From assembly GCA_043800725.1 (NCBI GenBank), contig JAZDMR010000015.1, forward strand, positions 68,065 through 132,064: a stretch of DNA of 64,000 nucleotides. The letters are read 5' to 3'. This DNA comes from a bacterium (GTDB taxonomy: Bacteria; Patescibacteriota; Patescibacteriia; HK-STAS-PATE-3). The notes under the pieces were generated by a model. The model saw only the letters and a list, made by a program, of their open reading frames with translations, was not told the DNA's origin and ran no database searches. Within the stretch, counting starts at the first letter, position 1; each line of letters begins with the position of its first letter. Below are positions 10,095 to 20,020 of this stretch, piece after piece. The translations under genes were made by a program, and so were the position numbers.

Positions 10095-11117
10095 ACCACT
10101 AATTCATTTATTTTATTAATCAGATCATTGATATTTCTTTCTTTGACATAGATGCCTTCGCCCTTTAATATCTTATGGTTTTCAGGAATATCAAAACAGA
10201 TGACCTTCAGTCCCATGGCCAGGTAGTTGTACAGTTTAGCATTAGCCTCACCGCTTTCTGTTGTTTTTGGAGAAATAGCTATTCTGCCTAGTTTTAAATA
10301 AGAAGGGGCCTGTTCGTATGGAATTTTACCGGTAAAAGTGATGCGATCCATTATACCTAGTTTTTTCGCAATTATTCTACACTCCTCATCGGGGTATCCC
10401 ATAATCAAAAAATGATATTTATGGTTTGTATATGGTATTGCTTTTAAAAGATAATCTATTCCCTTATATAATTGCAAACCACCCAGGTAAACAATGACTA
10501 TTTTATTTTTAGGAATGGCTAATGTGGCTGGTTGAACCCCCGGATTAAACATTGATCTGTCTGGCAAATCTTTTTCGACTGTAATGCTCTTTACTTTGAA
10601 ATTATTTATGATAAATGTTTTTAATCCTTCATTACTGGTAATCACCTCATCAGCGTGTTGTGTAATGAATTTCTCTATAAGGTAGGTTACCTTATACAAA
10701 AAACCGTTTTTTTTTTATTGACTTTTGAGCAGTTAATTCACCGGTCAATGAGCCTTGATTATTAAAGATCAGTTTTTTTTTAAATATTATTTTTAAAAAA
10801 TATCCGATTAATGCCCCTTCATGTAAATGTGTGTAGATCAAATTATACTTACCGAACATCATTTCTCTAATTGCCTTAAATAAAAGCAGGCAATCTAAGA
10901 ATGGTTTATAATAAGAAAAACCGGGTTTTATTTGGCTATAGCCAAGTATTTTTATTATCCTTTTTACTTTAATTCCATCAATATCTCTTCCTAGCGGGTA
11001 AGTTAACAGCAAAACATCGTGTCCGACATTTTTAAAGTGTAAATAGCTGTTCAATACTCTTACGTGACAACCCCGATCGGAAAAAAATGGTGTAGGCGCC
11101 AACATTAATATTCTCAT
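10091..11117 (-). pseudogene. GT4 glycosyltransferase split by a frameshift in a 10-A homopolymer (ORFs 10692..11117 and 10091..10699)
   Basis: The N-half (MRILMLAPTPFFSDRGCHVR) and C-half (YLGGL..YKG, EANAKLYNYLAMG) are in different frames. There is a T10 run at 10707-10716; removing one base gives continuous ...SIKKNGFLYKVTY... Confidence 0.85.
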
Positions 11118-11129
11118 CGGAACTCAGTA

Positions 11130-12071
11130 TCAGAAATCTTTTGCAACATTTCTTTCAATAATATCTTTAATCTCATAGACTCTTCTATGATTATTAAAAT
11201 AGGTTTTAATTGCAATATCTGCCAATAGTCCAGAAATAAAAAGCTGTATCCCAGCTAATATCAAAAATACTGATATCAGCGGCCAAATACTATTTTGCAA
11301 TGAGATCATACCAGAGAGCCGGGCAATGGTCAGATAAAGACCAAGGATTAGACCTGCGCCTCCCGCAATAATTCCTAAACCTCCAAATAAGTGTAAGGGT
11401 CGTCCAGAATATTTTCTCCAAAACCACACGCTAACCATGTCAACAAAACCTTTCATGACTCTTTTCCAATTGTATTTCGTTATACCGGTTGTACGGGCGC
11501 GATGATTGACTTCGATTTCACCGATACGGAAACCCTTCCAGGTCAGCATTGCTGGAATGAACCGATGAATTTCTCCGAATAGATCAAGGTCATCGAAACA
11601 TTCACGTTTGTACACTTTCAAAGTACAGCCGGAATCCTTGATATGATCAGCTACCAGAAATGATCTAAGAAAATTGGCGCCGCGTGAAAATAATTTTTTC
11701 GAAAATGGATCTTTTCTATTTTTTCTCCAGCCTGAGACAACATCAAAGCCCTCTTTTATCTTGTCAATAAGTTTTGGAATGTCAGCTGGATCGTTTTGAC
11801 CATCACCGTCCATAGTAATAAAGATTTCACCATGAGCTTGCTTAAAGCCCGCATCCATCGCAGCAGTTTGGCCAAAGTTTTTTCTGAAGCGGATTATTGT
11901 TACAGGTGATAGCTTAGTTAGGTTCTCAAAAGTATTATCTTTACTTCCGTCATCGACAAAAATAATCTCATAAGGCTGATTAAAGCGATTCATAACATCA
12001 CAAACCTCTTGATGTAGGGGAGTGACCGAGTCTTGTTCGTTATATACCGGTATAATGACTGAGTATTTCAT
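11130..12071 (-). CDS. GT2 polyprenol-phosphate glycosyltransferase (ArnC/GtrB-like) with two C-terminal TM helices
   Basis: SVIIPVYNE, RKNFGQTAA, TMDGDGQNDP, HRFIP, hydrophobic C-terminus. Confidence 0.9.
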   Translation of the reverse strand: MKYSVIIPVYNEQDSVTPLHQEVCDVMNRFNQPYEIIFVDDGSKDNTFENLTKLSPVTIIRFRKNFGQTAAMDAGFKQAHGEIFITMDGDGQNDPADIPKLIDKIKEGFDVVSGWRKNRKDPFSKKLFSRGANFLRSFLVADHIKDSGCTLKVYKRECFDDLDLFGEIHRFIPAMLTWKGFRIGEIEVNHRARTTGITKYNWKRVMKGFVDMVSVWFWRKYSGRPLHLFGGLGIIAGGAGLILGLYLTIARLSGMISLQNSIWPLISVFLILAGIQLFISGLLADIAIKTYFNNHRRVYEIKDIIERNVAKDF

Positions 12072-12074
12072 TTT

Positions 12075-12983
12075 TTATTGCTTATCCTTAAACCAGGAGA
12101 TTGTTTTTTGTAAACCCTCTGAAAAAGACATGGTTGGTTGCCAGCCAAGTAGTTCCTGAGCTTTGGAATTATCAGCTAGAGTATCGTGAGGTTCAATGCG
12201 TGATGGTATATTAGTTGTCGGACCTCCAATTTTCTTAGCAATTTCATTAACTGTGTGATTGTCTCCAGCGCCAATATTTATTGTTTCACCTTGGCCAACC
12301 TTGGTGCTGGTCATTGCCAGGATATTTGCTTGGACAACATCATCTATATAAGTAAAATCACGCGTCTGAGTGCCATCTCCGGTAATAGTCATGGGCTCAC
12401 CAGCCGTTTTTTGCCGGTTGAAAACTGAAATCACTGTAACGTAAGCTCCTTCAGTAGCCATGTTTGGTCCGTAAACATTAAAGTACCTTAGAGAAACAGT
12501 TTCCAGGTCCCAGAACAAACTGGCCAACCGCATATATTCTTCACCTACATATTTTTGTAAACCGTAGGGGCTTTTAGGGTTAGGCTTCATATCTTCTTGT
12601 AAGGGCATAGTTATTGCATCGCCGTAGGCTGAAGATGAGGCCGAGTAAACAATCCTTTTAACTTTAGCCTTTCTACTGGCTTGAATGACATTTAAGGTAC
12701 CGGTGATATTTACGTCGTTAGTTTCACTGGGGTTTTCAATAGACAATTGAACACGGGGCAGAGCTGCCACATGAAAAACTCCTTCAACGCCTTCAAAACA
12801 AGCCTTAATATCTTCTAAATTTCGCAGATCCTTTTGAAAAAACTCAGCGTCTGCGGGTAAATTTGATTTTTTACCAGTTGATAGATTGTCTAGAATTCTG
12901 ACACTGTGACCGTCATTTATTAGCGCTGTTGCCAAATGGGATCCAATAAATCCGGCGCCGCCCGTTACCAGGTAAAAAGCCAT
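12075..12983 (-). CDS. NAD-dependent nucleotide-sugar epimerase/dehydratase (extended SDR)
   Basis: TGGAGFIGS, SSSAYG, YGLQK (YxxxK), LRYFNVYGP, GDGTQTRDF. Confidence 0.93.
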   Translation of the reverse strand: MAFYLVTGGAGFIGSHLATALINDGHSVRILDNLSTGKKSNLPADAEFFQKDLRNLEDIKACFEGVEGVFHVAALPRVQLSIENPSETNDVNITGTLNVIQASRKAKVKRIVYSASSSAYGDAITMPLQEDMKPNPKSPYGLQKYVGEEYMRLASLFWDLETVSLRYFNVYGPNMATEGAYVTVISVFNRQKTAGEPMTITGDGTQTRDFTYIDDVVQANILAMTSTKVGQGETINIGAGDNHTVNEIAKKIGGPTTNIPSRIEPHDTLADNSKAQELLGWQPTMSFSEGLQKTISWFKDKQ

Positions 12984-13017
12984 AATTGTGAGTATTTAAG
13001 TGTAAGTTATCTGCCTT

Positions 13018-13046
13018 ATTCTACAAGAAAGTAGGTTATTTGACAA
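13018..13046 (-). promoter_or_regulatory. Putative sigma70 promoter for the leftward glycan operon
   Basis: Minus strand TTGTCA-17 nt-TAGAAT, ~35 nt upstream of ATG 12983. Confidence 0.6.
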
Positions 13047-13112
13047 TCTATGATGCGTTAGTTTTTTATCATATTGCTGATTTCAATTGAATCGGTTAAG
13101 ATATTGTAAGCT

Positions 13113-14660
13113 ATGCCTATGACCGAAAAGATGAATGTCTCGGCTGAATCCGGATGGGTGACCAGGCGGATTAATTTGCTTATTTGCGTAGTGCTGGTAA
13201 TCGCGGTTATTGGATATATCTTAGTAGCGGTTTATGCTCCGTATGACGCGTACGGTGATGTTTTTGAATACTTCACTTTTACAAATACGGTCATAGATGA
13301 TCAATCGCTAGACAATATTTCTCAGATAACGGGCGTAACTCTTGGGGATTCAAAACCCGTTTACCAGTATACGCCTTTATTGTTTGTCCAGACCGCGGCG
13401 TTGCAGAGGCTAACTGGCGCTAGTATTCCTCTGATTTATGTGATCATTAATATTATCAAATTACTCACGCTGGCTGCTTTGGTCTTTACCTTGGTCAAGA
13501 AGATGTTTAATTCATCCTGGCCGGCTTTTTGGTCAATGGTATTTGTTTTATTCGGGCCCCTTATTCCGTATTACTCCCACTTATTAACGCGTAACTTTAC
13601 GTGGTTATTTTTATTAGCCTATTTGCTGATTTTCCAAAGCCGGCGAATTGGTTCGTCGCTCAGATTAGTATTGCTTATCATGATCCTGTTCGCATTAATG
13701 CTGTATCATCATGAGACCGGACTGCTATTCAGTTCTTTGCTGATCGTTTTCAGTTCGTTTGAATGGCTGATCCAATATCGTCAGAAGATAATTTCCAAAG
13801 TTAGGGTGACAGTTAATATTTTTCTGACAGTTGCCACTCCGATTACAGTAATTTTGTTTAGCCGAGGTTATTTGGCCAGCCTGATACATGCTAGAGGATT
13901 GATCCAAGTCAAAGCAGAAGTTTTGAAAGCCAATGAATTTATTAGTCAAAATATCGGTTGGGTTCCCATTATCATAATTGCCTTTGGCCTAATAAGCTGG
14001 TTTTGGATAAAGATACATAGAGCCGAACTATCCAGATTCTTGATCTGGTTTTTATTACTCAGCCTGCTCGGCTTTCCTTTGTCCGGCAGCTGGGTAAGCA
14101 TGAGGCTAATAGAGCAGTTCCAACTGTTAGCCATGATTTTAGGGGGCGGCGCTGTTGTCTGGCTAATGTTAATGGTTCGTAAAAAAGTAATTCAAAATCT
14201 TGTAAGTGGGTTGATTCTGATTATGGCGCTGGCTTTATTCGGACAAACAATCGACGATAGAATAAAGAATTCGCAAGTCTCCTGGGATTATTTATCAAAC
14301 CTAGAGGAAATAAAACCATTGCTACAAAATCAAAAAGTTCTGTCAGATCCGTTTACACTTTTTCGCATCCAAGGTTTGACCGGAGCCGTTCCGGCTTATC
14401 AGTTCCGAAGGCCCAAAGACGATTACAGTCAGATCAAGGAATTAGCAAGTGTTTTTAAGGAGGAAAACCCCGAACTAGCTAAGAAATATTTGATCGACAA
14501 TGAGATAGAATATGTGGTGATTAACTCTGAATTTACTCCAGTCTGGGGTGGATCAGAATTAATGAAGTTTGATGATCCAATAAATTACCAGCTGTTAGTA
14601 GAATTTCCAGCGGTAGGTAATGAGTTGCTATCAGTTTATCAAGTAAACAATAATCCATAA
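13113..14660 (+). CDS. Polytopic membrane protein, GT-C-like glycosyltransferase
   Basis: About 12 hydrophobic segments, GD acidic motif after TM1, C-terminal soluble domain with KVLSDP and IEYVVI. Confidence 0.6.
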   Translation: MPMTEKMNVSAESGWVTRRINLLICVVLVIAVIGYILVAVYAPYDAYGDVFEYFTFTNTVIDDQSLDNISQITGVTLGDSKPVYQYTPLLFVQTAALQRLTGASIPLIYVIINIIKLLTLAALVFTLVKKMFNSSWPAFWSMVFVLFGPLIPYYSHLLTRNFTWLFLLAYLLIFQSRRIGSSLRLVLLIMILFALMLYHHETGLLFSSLLIVFSSFEWLIQYRQKIISKVRVTVNIFLTVATPITVILFSRGYLASLIHARGLIQVKAEVLKANEFISQNIGWVPIIIIAFGLISWFWIKIHRAELSRFLIWFLLLSLLGFPLSGSWVSMRLIEQFQLLAMILGGGAVVWLMLMVRKKVIQNLVSGLILIMALALFGQTIDDRIKNSQVSWDYLSNLEEIKPLLQNQKVLSDPFTLFRIQGLTGAVPAYQFRRPKDDYSQIKELASVFKEENPELAKKYLIDNEIEYVVINSEFTPVWGGSELMKFDDPINYQLLVEFPAVGNELLSVYQVNNNP

Positions 14661-14666
14661 TCCAGC

Positions 14667-14858
14667 ATGAAGCAGGACGAAAATAGTTGTCAGCTTGAAT
14701 ATTATAAGTTTTTCCAGCAGATTTTTTATATTCTAAGTGCGCTGTATGTTATTTTGCTGGCACTGGAGACTCTCTGGCCTGGCAGTTTATCCGGTTTCCC
14801 TAGTCTTGATTATCTTCTGGCTGTTATGGTTGTCCTGGCCCTGTATCTAAGCCTTTGA
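14667..14858 (+). CDS. Small two-TM membrane protein
   Basis: ATG 6 bp after the upstream stop; two hydrophobic helices; resembles the N-half of 30027..30422. Confidence 0.6.
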   Translation: MKQDENSCQLEYYKFFQQIFYILSALYVILLALETLWPGSLSGFPSLDYLLAVMVVLALYLSL

Positions 14859-14868
14859 TAGGGATATC

Positions 14869-16422
14869 TTAATCCTCAGTTAATGCTATGCTGATTTCCT
14901 TGATAGTGTAGTTGATTTTATTTTTAGCTGAATAGGCTGATAAGTCCAAGCTGATTATGCCCTGGTTATCAATATAGGTCGTATTAAAAGGAATCGTGGT
15001 CTCAGATCTGATCCAGCGTCCGTCTGTCTGATTGTCTTGATAATCTCCTAGGATAAAGTCAATTTCAGAATCCTCGATTTGACGACTGTTAAAGGGTTGA
15101 GATTGAATCGGCAGGAGATCAATAAAAGAAGACTCACTAAAGCTAAGAAAACTTCCGGTTATCATGTTAATTTGCAGGTGATTTTTACCAAGCTTTAGCC
15201 AATTAATCTGATTTGCGGGCTGATCTGATCCGGGTTGGAAATCGACCTTGGGCGCGTACCGGACATCGCGATCAGGTCCGAGCGTAATACTTTCACCGTT
15301 GGAAAAAAGAATTGTCTGTTCAGTTGATCCGTAGTGCCAAGTAGGCAGAGTAATATTCGGGGAATTTGTGTAGATAATTAATGGCTCGGCTTGCTTATTA
15401 TACAAATCATCAACAATCAAAGGATTATTTGCCATGACTAAATGCGGCTGATTGACTGTCACTTGGGTGTGAACATCAGCAAAGCCGGTTACTATTCGAT
15501 ATACCCCAGCACTCAGATCAGGCACGCTGAAACTAAACTTTCTTAACGGGCCTGTTTGCTGAACCGGATCAGTGATGCCGTCATCCTCGATAATAGTTGA
15601 AAAAATCAATTCTCCGATTTGATTATAAATATTAAGCGGTACCTCATCCGAGCCGGGATAAAAATTCAGTTCATGGATATTTAGATCAATCTCCAAAGTG
15701 TTTGCTTCAGAAACATAAGCATAAAGGATAATATTACCCTCAAGGTAGGGGGTGGACGAAGAGCCGGTTATTGATTTGGGCAGCGAAGCAAAAAATTCCG
15801 GACTGGGTATCGGGTTTAATTCCGTAAAATAGCGGGCAATTTTTATCTCTCCTGTCGCGATATCGGGTAAATCAGAAATAAATTCTTCCATCGTTTGGTA
15901 TTGCGGCAGTCTTTGCCAAAGAACAAGTTGATTATTGATTGAAGGCCAGTCAAGCCGGCTTAAATATTTTTGATAGAGCGGCTTAGTGATACTATTGGCC
16001 GACTGGGGGTGTTCGAGTGAAATCAAAAGCTGATCAATATCCGCAGGATCATAAACAGCTGACAGGCGCGCGTTAATTAATCGTTTATCAATCAGGTTAC
16101 TCGGTATTTTTAATTCAAATTTTGTTTCCGAAGTGTCAATTTGATATTCATTTATTTTGTACTGTTCATTCGCTGACTCGCCGATATTACTAGTGGACTC
16201 AATTGGTTCAATCGGGGTCAACTGGAGGTCAGTCGAAGGATAGTTAGCCTGAAAAAACAAATTCTGCCCCCAAAAAGCAAAATTTTTATTAAGTAAACCA
16301 AATACAAATAATATTGCAAATGCGCTGATGAAGGCCGTGACCCAGCGCAGTACTATTTTCAAATTAAATTCAGACGTAGATTCAGGCATAAATAAATGCG
16401 TTATCAGCGAAAAGTATAACAA
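14869..16422 (-). CDS. Membrane-anchored extracytoplasmic hypothetical protein
   Basis: N-terminal TM and acidic body; LWQRLPQYQTMEEF and IDFILGDY motifs shared with 29165..30019. The start may be the second Met. Confidence 0.7.
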   Translation of the reverse strand: MLYFSLITHLFMPESTSEFNLKIVLRWVTAFISAFAILFVFGLLNKNFAFWGQNLFFQANYPSTDLQLTPIEPIESTSNIGESANEQYKINEYQIDTSETKFELKIPSNLIDKRLINARLSAVYDPADIDQLLISLEHPQSANSITKPLYQKYLSRLDWPSINNQLVLWQRLPQYQTMEEFISDLPDIATGEIKIARYFTELNPIPSPEFFASLPKSITGSSSTPYLEGNIILYAYVSEANTLEIDLNIHELNFYPGSDEVPLNIYNQIGELIFSTIIEDDGITDPVQQTGPLRKFSFSVPDLSAGVYRIVTGFADVHTQVTVNQPHLVMANNPLIVDDLYNKQAEPLIIYTNSPNITLPTWHYGSTEQTILFSNGESITLGPDRDVRYAPKVDFQPGSDQPANQINWLKLGKNHLQINMITGSFLSFSESSFIDLLPIQSQPFNSRQIEDSEIDFILGDYQDNQTDGRWIRSETTIPFNTTYIDNQGIISLDLSAYSAKNKINYTIKEISIALTED

Positions 16423-16437
16423 AGCTAAGCCTCAATG

Positions 16438-17754
16438 TTAAGGGGCTTTATCACTTTTTAATAATCGAGTGGTAAATATACTATTGATAATAAATCTGAC
16501 AAAGAAGGTAATAGAGGTGGCGGCGGCGGCCCCGATTAATCCGTAAGTTTTAATAAAGAAAAAATTTAATACGATATTTATCAACGCTTCTATCACTGCG
16601 GTATAAAAATTAAATTTTACGTTAGCAGTCGCAGTTAGAATGGTGCCATTAACCGTTCCCAAGCTGAAAAATAAGAGAGAAAAGAGCAGAATCTGGAAAA
16701 CAGCGACACCTTCCCGATATTGTTCGCCAAACAGCAGGGGGATTATTACCGGGGCTAAGAAGAATAATGCCAGACAAATCGGAAAGATTAAAAAAAACAT
16801 CTTCCTGATTAATTTTTGATAAAGTCCGCCTATGGATTGAAGATTAACTGATAATTCCGAAAGATAAGGCAGAGCAGTTTGCATTATCGCGTTGGGCAGA
16901 ATCCACAAACCTCGGATGAATAAAGCCATTACTCCGTAAATACCCACCGCTGAGGGATCTTTCAATAAAATACTGAGCATTAAAACATCAGCGGTGATAA
17001 TGATTAACTGAAATTGATTGGTAAGTACGGCATAGCGGCCAAAGCGAAAAAGCTTGGCCATTAAATCTTTAATAATTATCAAGTCCAGACCTTCTTTGGG
17101 AATAGTTTTAATAACTAGCAAGGTGACCCCAATCAAACTGACAGTATAGCCAATAAAATATCCGTTGAGGCCGGCCCATAAAGCTCCGCCAATAGTGGCC
17201 AGCATTAATATCAGTCTTTGCCAGAATTCGTATTTCGCCCGGCGCTTAATATTTTTTAAACCCTGGTGCCAGTGAATTACTATTCCAAAAACTGTAATAA
17301 ATGGAATTAACCAAACTAAATATTTGAGTGACTGCTGGGCTACGTTATCTGAAAGTAAGTTTGGGATAAATAGTAAGCCGAAACTTACTATGGAAACAAT
17401 TATTGAAACACCCAAGATTCCAATAAAAGTTTGACCGAGCAGTTCTTTCCTTAATTTTTGATCGATCGGCTCTGCTACATATTTCAGCAAAGCCATGGCT
17501 AAACCAAAATCTCCCAGGATTATCAAGAAGTCCAGTACTGAATGGATCAATCGGATATGGCCGATCTCTTCTGGAGTCAATATTCTGACCAATACCAGAG
17601 TGACCACAAAGCCGAATATTTGGACGATTCCAAAGGATCCAAACAAGTGCACCGCCCCAGTTCGAAAGCCTAATCTGACATCATTTTTCGCGCTATCAAT
17701 AGTTTCGGAAATCATTTCTGGCCAGCTGTTTGATTGAGAATAATTCTGTTTCAT
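16438..17754 (-). CDS. Polysaccharide flippase (Wzx/MOP family)
   Basis: About 12 TM; LVRILTPEEIG, DFGL, VGIY, GLIGAAAAT. Confidence 0.9.
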   Translation of the reverse strand: MKQNYSQSNSWPEMISETIDSAKNDVRLGFRTGAVHLFGSFGIVQIFGFVVTLVLVRILTPEEIGHIRLIHSVLDFLIILGDFGLAMALLKYVAEPIDQKLRKELLGQTFIGILGVSIIVSIVSFGLLFIPNLLSDNVAQQSLKYLVWLIPFITVFGIVIHWHQGLKNIKRRAKYEFWQRLILMLATIGGALWAGLNGYFIGYTVSLIGVTLLVIKTIPKEGLDLIIIKDLMAKLFRFGRYAVLTNQFQLIIITADVLMLSILLKDPSAVGIYGVMALFIRGLWILPNAIMQTALPYLSELSVNLQSIGGLYQKLIRKMFFLIFPICLALFFLAPVIIPLLFGEQYREGVAVFQILLFSLLFFSLGTVNGTILTATANVKFNFYTAVIEALINIVLNFFFIKTYGLIGAAAATSITFFVRFIINSIFTTRLLKSDKAP

Positions 17755-17787
17755 GAAACATATTTAGGATGGTCTATTAACGAGCTG

Positions 17788-17816
17788 ATCATAGCAAAAG
17801 GCGGTAAGACTGACAA
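17788..17816 (-). promoter_or_regulatory. Putative sigma70 promoter (flippase)
   Basis: Minus strand TTGTCA-17-TATGAT with TGn extension. Confidence 0.6.
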
Positions 17817-17825
17817 CGAATAAAC

Positions 17826-17854
17826 TTGCAGAAATTATAGCAATTTGGTACTCT
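17826..17854 (+). promoter_or_regulatory. Putative sigma70 promoter (GT2 operon)
   Basis: TTGCAG-17-TACTCT with TGn extension, 12 nt before ATG 17867. Confidence 0.5.
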
Positions 17855-17866
17855 CAGCAACGAACT

Positions 17867-18550
17867 ATGAAGCTGGCCGTTGTTATTCCGGCATATAACG
17901 AAGAGGGGACAATTCAGGCGGTAATTGATGATGTTCATCGACTAACCACTGAAGTTTTTGTGGTGGATGACGGTTCTATTGATAATACACCGCTCTTGGC
18001 CAGAGCTACCGGCGCACGGGTGATTCAGCATATTGTTAACAGAGGTTTGGGAGGCGCATTGGGCACGGGAATACAGGCAGCCTTAAATCAAGGGGCTGAT
18101 ATAATTGTAACATTTGATGCTGACGGCCAGCATCAAGCCAGCGATATTGCTAAGCTGATCAAGCCGATTCAAGAGGGTCAAGCTGACGTGGTAATTGGTT
18201 CGCGCATGATAGATAAAGACAAGACCAGGCAGATGCCGGCTATCCGCAGATTTTATAATTGGCTTGGCAATAGAGTTACCTTTTTTTTGTTTGGAATACG
18301 GACCAGTGACAGTCAATCGGGTTTACGCGCCTTTAGCCGGATAGCAGCTCAAAAGCTTGAGATCAGATCAAACAAAATGGAAGTATCCTCGGAGCTGATA
18401 TATGAAATAAAACGTCATGGATTCAGGTTCATTGAAATACCGATTGAAAGCATTTATACTCAGTATTCAATGTCTAAACCAACGGGACAGAATTTAATTA
18501 CCGGAATAAAAACCTTTTTGCGATTATTATTTTTAAGAATAATTAAATAA
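17867..18550 (+). CDS. GT2, dolichol/polyprenol-phosphate mannose synthase-like
   Basis: VIPAYNE, DDGS, NRGLGGA, TFDADGQH, SDSQSGLRA. Confidence 0.9.
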   Translation: MKLAVVIPAYNEEGTIQAVIDDVHRLTTEVFVVDDGSIDNTPLLARATGARVIQHIVNRGLGGALGTGIQAALNQGADIIVTFDADGQHQASDIAKLIKPIQEGQADVVIGSRMIDKDKTRQMPAIRRFYNWLGNRVTFFLFGIRTSDSQSGLRAFSRIAAQKLEIRSNKMEVSSELIYEIKRHGFRFIEIPIESIYTQYSMSKPTGQNLITGIKTFLRLLFLRIIK

Positions 18551-18551
18551 C

Positions 18552-18887
18552 ATGGTAATTCAAATAATCGTTGTTATCTTTGCGCTATTCGCGATATCCC
18601 GAGCGATATATAGGTTTCGCAGCAAGCAGATATCATTACGCGAAGTATTTTTATGGATAATTATCTGGCTGATTGGTACTTTGGTTGTACTATTGCCTTC
18701 GACTACAGACTATTTAGCTCGATTGCTCGGTGTAGGACGTGGAGTGGACGCGATTATCTACCTTTCAATCATCGGCATTGTCTACGCTTTATTCAGGGTT
18801 TTTGTGAAACTGGAGCATATTGAGCATGAGATAACCACCATAGTGCGCAAAGCCGCCTTAAAAGACCAGGACAAAGAAGATCAATGA
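18552..18887 (+). CDS. DUF2304-family membrane protein
   Basis: Three TM helices, LARLLGVGRGVD motif, typical position after a DPM-like GT2. Confidence 0.8.
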   Translation: MVIQIIVVIFALFAISRAIYRFRSKQISLREVFLWIIIWLIGTLVVLLPSTTDYLARLLGVGRGVDAIIYLSIIGIVYALFRVFVKLEHIEHEITTIVRKAALKDQDKEDQ

Positions 18888-20020
18888 AGATACTAATTTG
18901 CACAGAATATTTTCCTTATACTCTTGATTGCGATTTTCGAGGAGGCGTAGAAGCTAGGACATATTTTGCTGCCAAAGAATTAGCCAAAGAAAACCAAGTA
19001 ACAATAATTGCTGCTAAAGAACAGGGCCAGGTGCAAGTTGATTTTCCAGGCATGAAGGTATTGAGGGTGGGGCCGGATCGTTTGTTTACTCAGGGCGGAG
19101 AATTATTAAAAAGATATCAATTTATTCGAGCAGCAGTAAAGACAGGTAAAAGTCTGGATGTAGATGTGGTTGAGGGCACGAATTTTCTAGCTTATCGTGC
19201 GGCCATGAAAATTGCCGAAAAAAAGAAAATTCCGGCTGTCTGCACTTATCATGATGTCTGGGTTGGGCAATGGCGCGACAACCTTGGCTTACTGCCTGGG
19301 ATTATTGGAGAGTTTGCCGAGCGTAAAATTCTGAAATATCCCTGGAATAAAATCATCGCTGTTAGTACGATTACTCGCTCAAAACTGCTAGACCAGGGCG
19401 TTTACGAAAAAACTATTTCAGTGGTGCCCAATGGGTTTGATTTTGAAAATTTACCTCAGACGCAAGAAAAGTTTGAGGTACCCACGATTATCTATGTGGG
19501 CAGGCTGGTTAAATACAAGCGAGTGGGAGATATTATCGAAGCCATGGCTAAATTAAAAAAAAGTCTGCCCAAAGTTCGCTTGATAATTATCGGCACCGGT
19601 CCAAAAAAATGCCAAATAGAAAAACAGATTAATGATCTGGGACTGCAGGGCTATGTCCAGTTTCGGGGCTTTGTCGAGAAGTATCAAGAAGTGCTTTCCC
19701 TGATAGCGCGCAGCCAGGTATTATGCCTGCCATCGACAGTAGAAGGATTTGGGCTGGTTACTATTGAAGCGATGGCCGTGGGTACGCCTTATGTCAGCAG
19801 TGAGATTCCTCCTACAGTAGAAGTGACCCAAAACGGTATCGGCGGAATATTATACCCGCCTGGAAACATATCAGAGCTGACACAAGCCCTGCTGTCGATT
19901 ATGACTGATAAAAAGTATAGCCAGCAATTAGGAGAAGCCGGTAAAAATTTCGTGGAGCAAAGGTACAATTGGCATAAAATCGGCGAACAATTACGCCGGG
20001 TTTATCGGGAAATCAAATGA
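18884..20020 (+). CDS. Glycosyltransferase family 4
   Basis: GGVE, VGRLVKYK, PSTVEGFGLVTIEAMAVG. Confidence 0.92.
   Translation: MKILICTEYFPYTLDCDFRGGVEARTYFAAKELAKENQVTIIAAKEQGQVQVDFPGMKVLRVGPDRLFTQGGELLKRYQFIRAAVKTGKSLDVDVVEGTNFLAYRAAMKIAEKKKIPAVCTYHDVWVGQWRDNLGLLPGIIGEFAERKILKYPWNKIIAVSTITRSKLLDQGVYEKTISVVPNGFDFENLPQTQEKFEVPTIIYVGRLVKYKRVGDIIEAMAKLKKSLPKVRLIIIGTGPKKCQIEKQINDLGLQGYVQFRGFVEKYQEVLSLIARSQVLCLPSTVEGFGLVTIEAMAVGTPYVSSEIPPTVEVTQNGIGGILYPPGNISELTQALLSIMTDKKYSQQLGEAGKNFVEQRYNWHKIGEQLRRVYREIK

Noticed and set aside
9220-10790. Other T9 runs (about 9229 and 10773) as phase-variation sites
   Set aside because: The reading frames are intact across them, and such runs are expected in AT-rich lysine codons.
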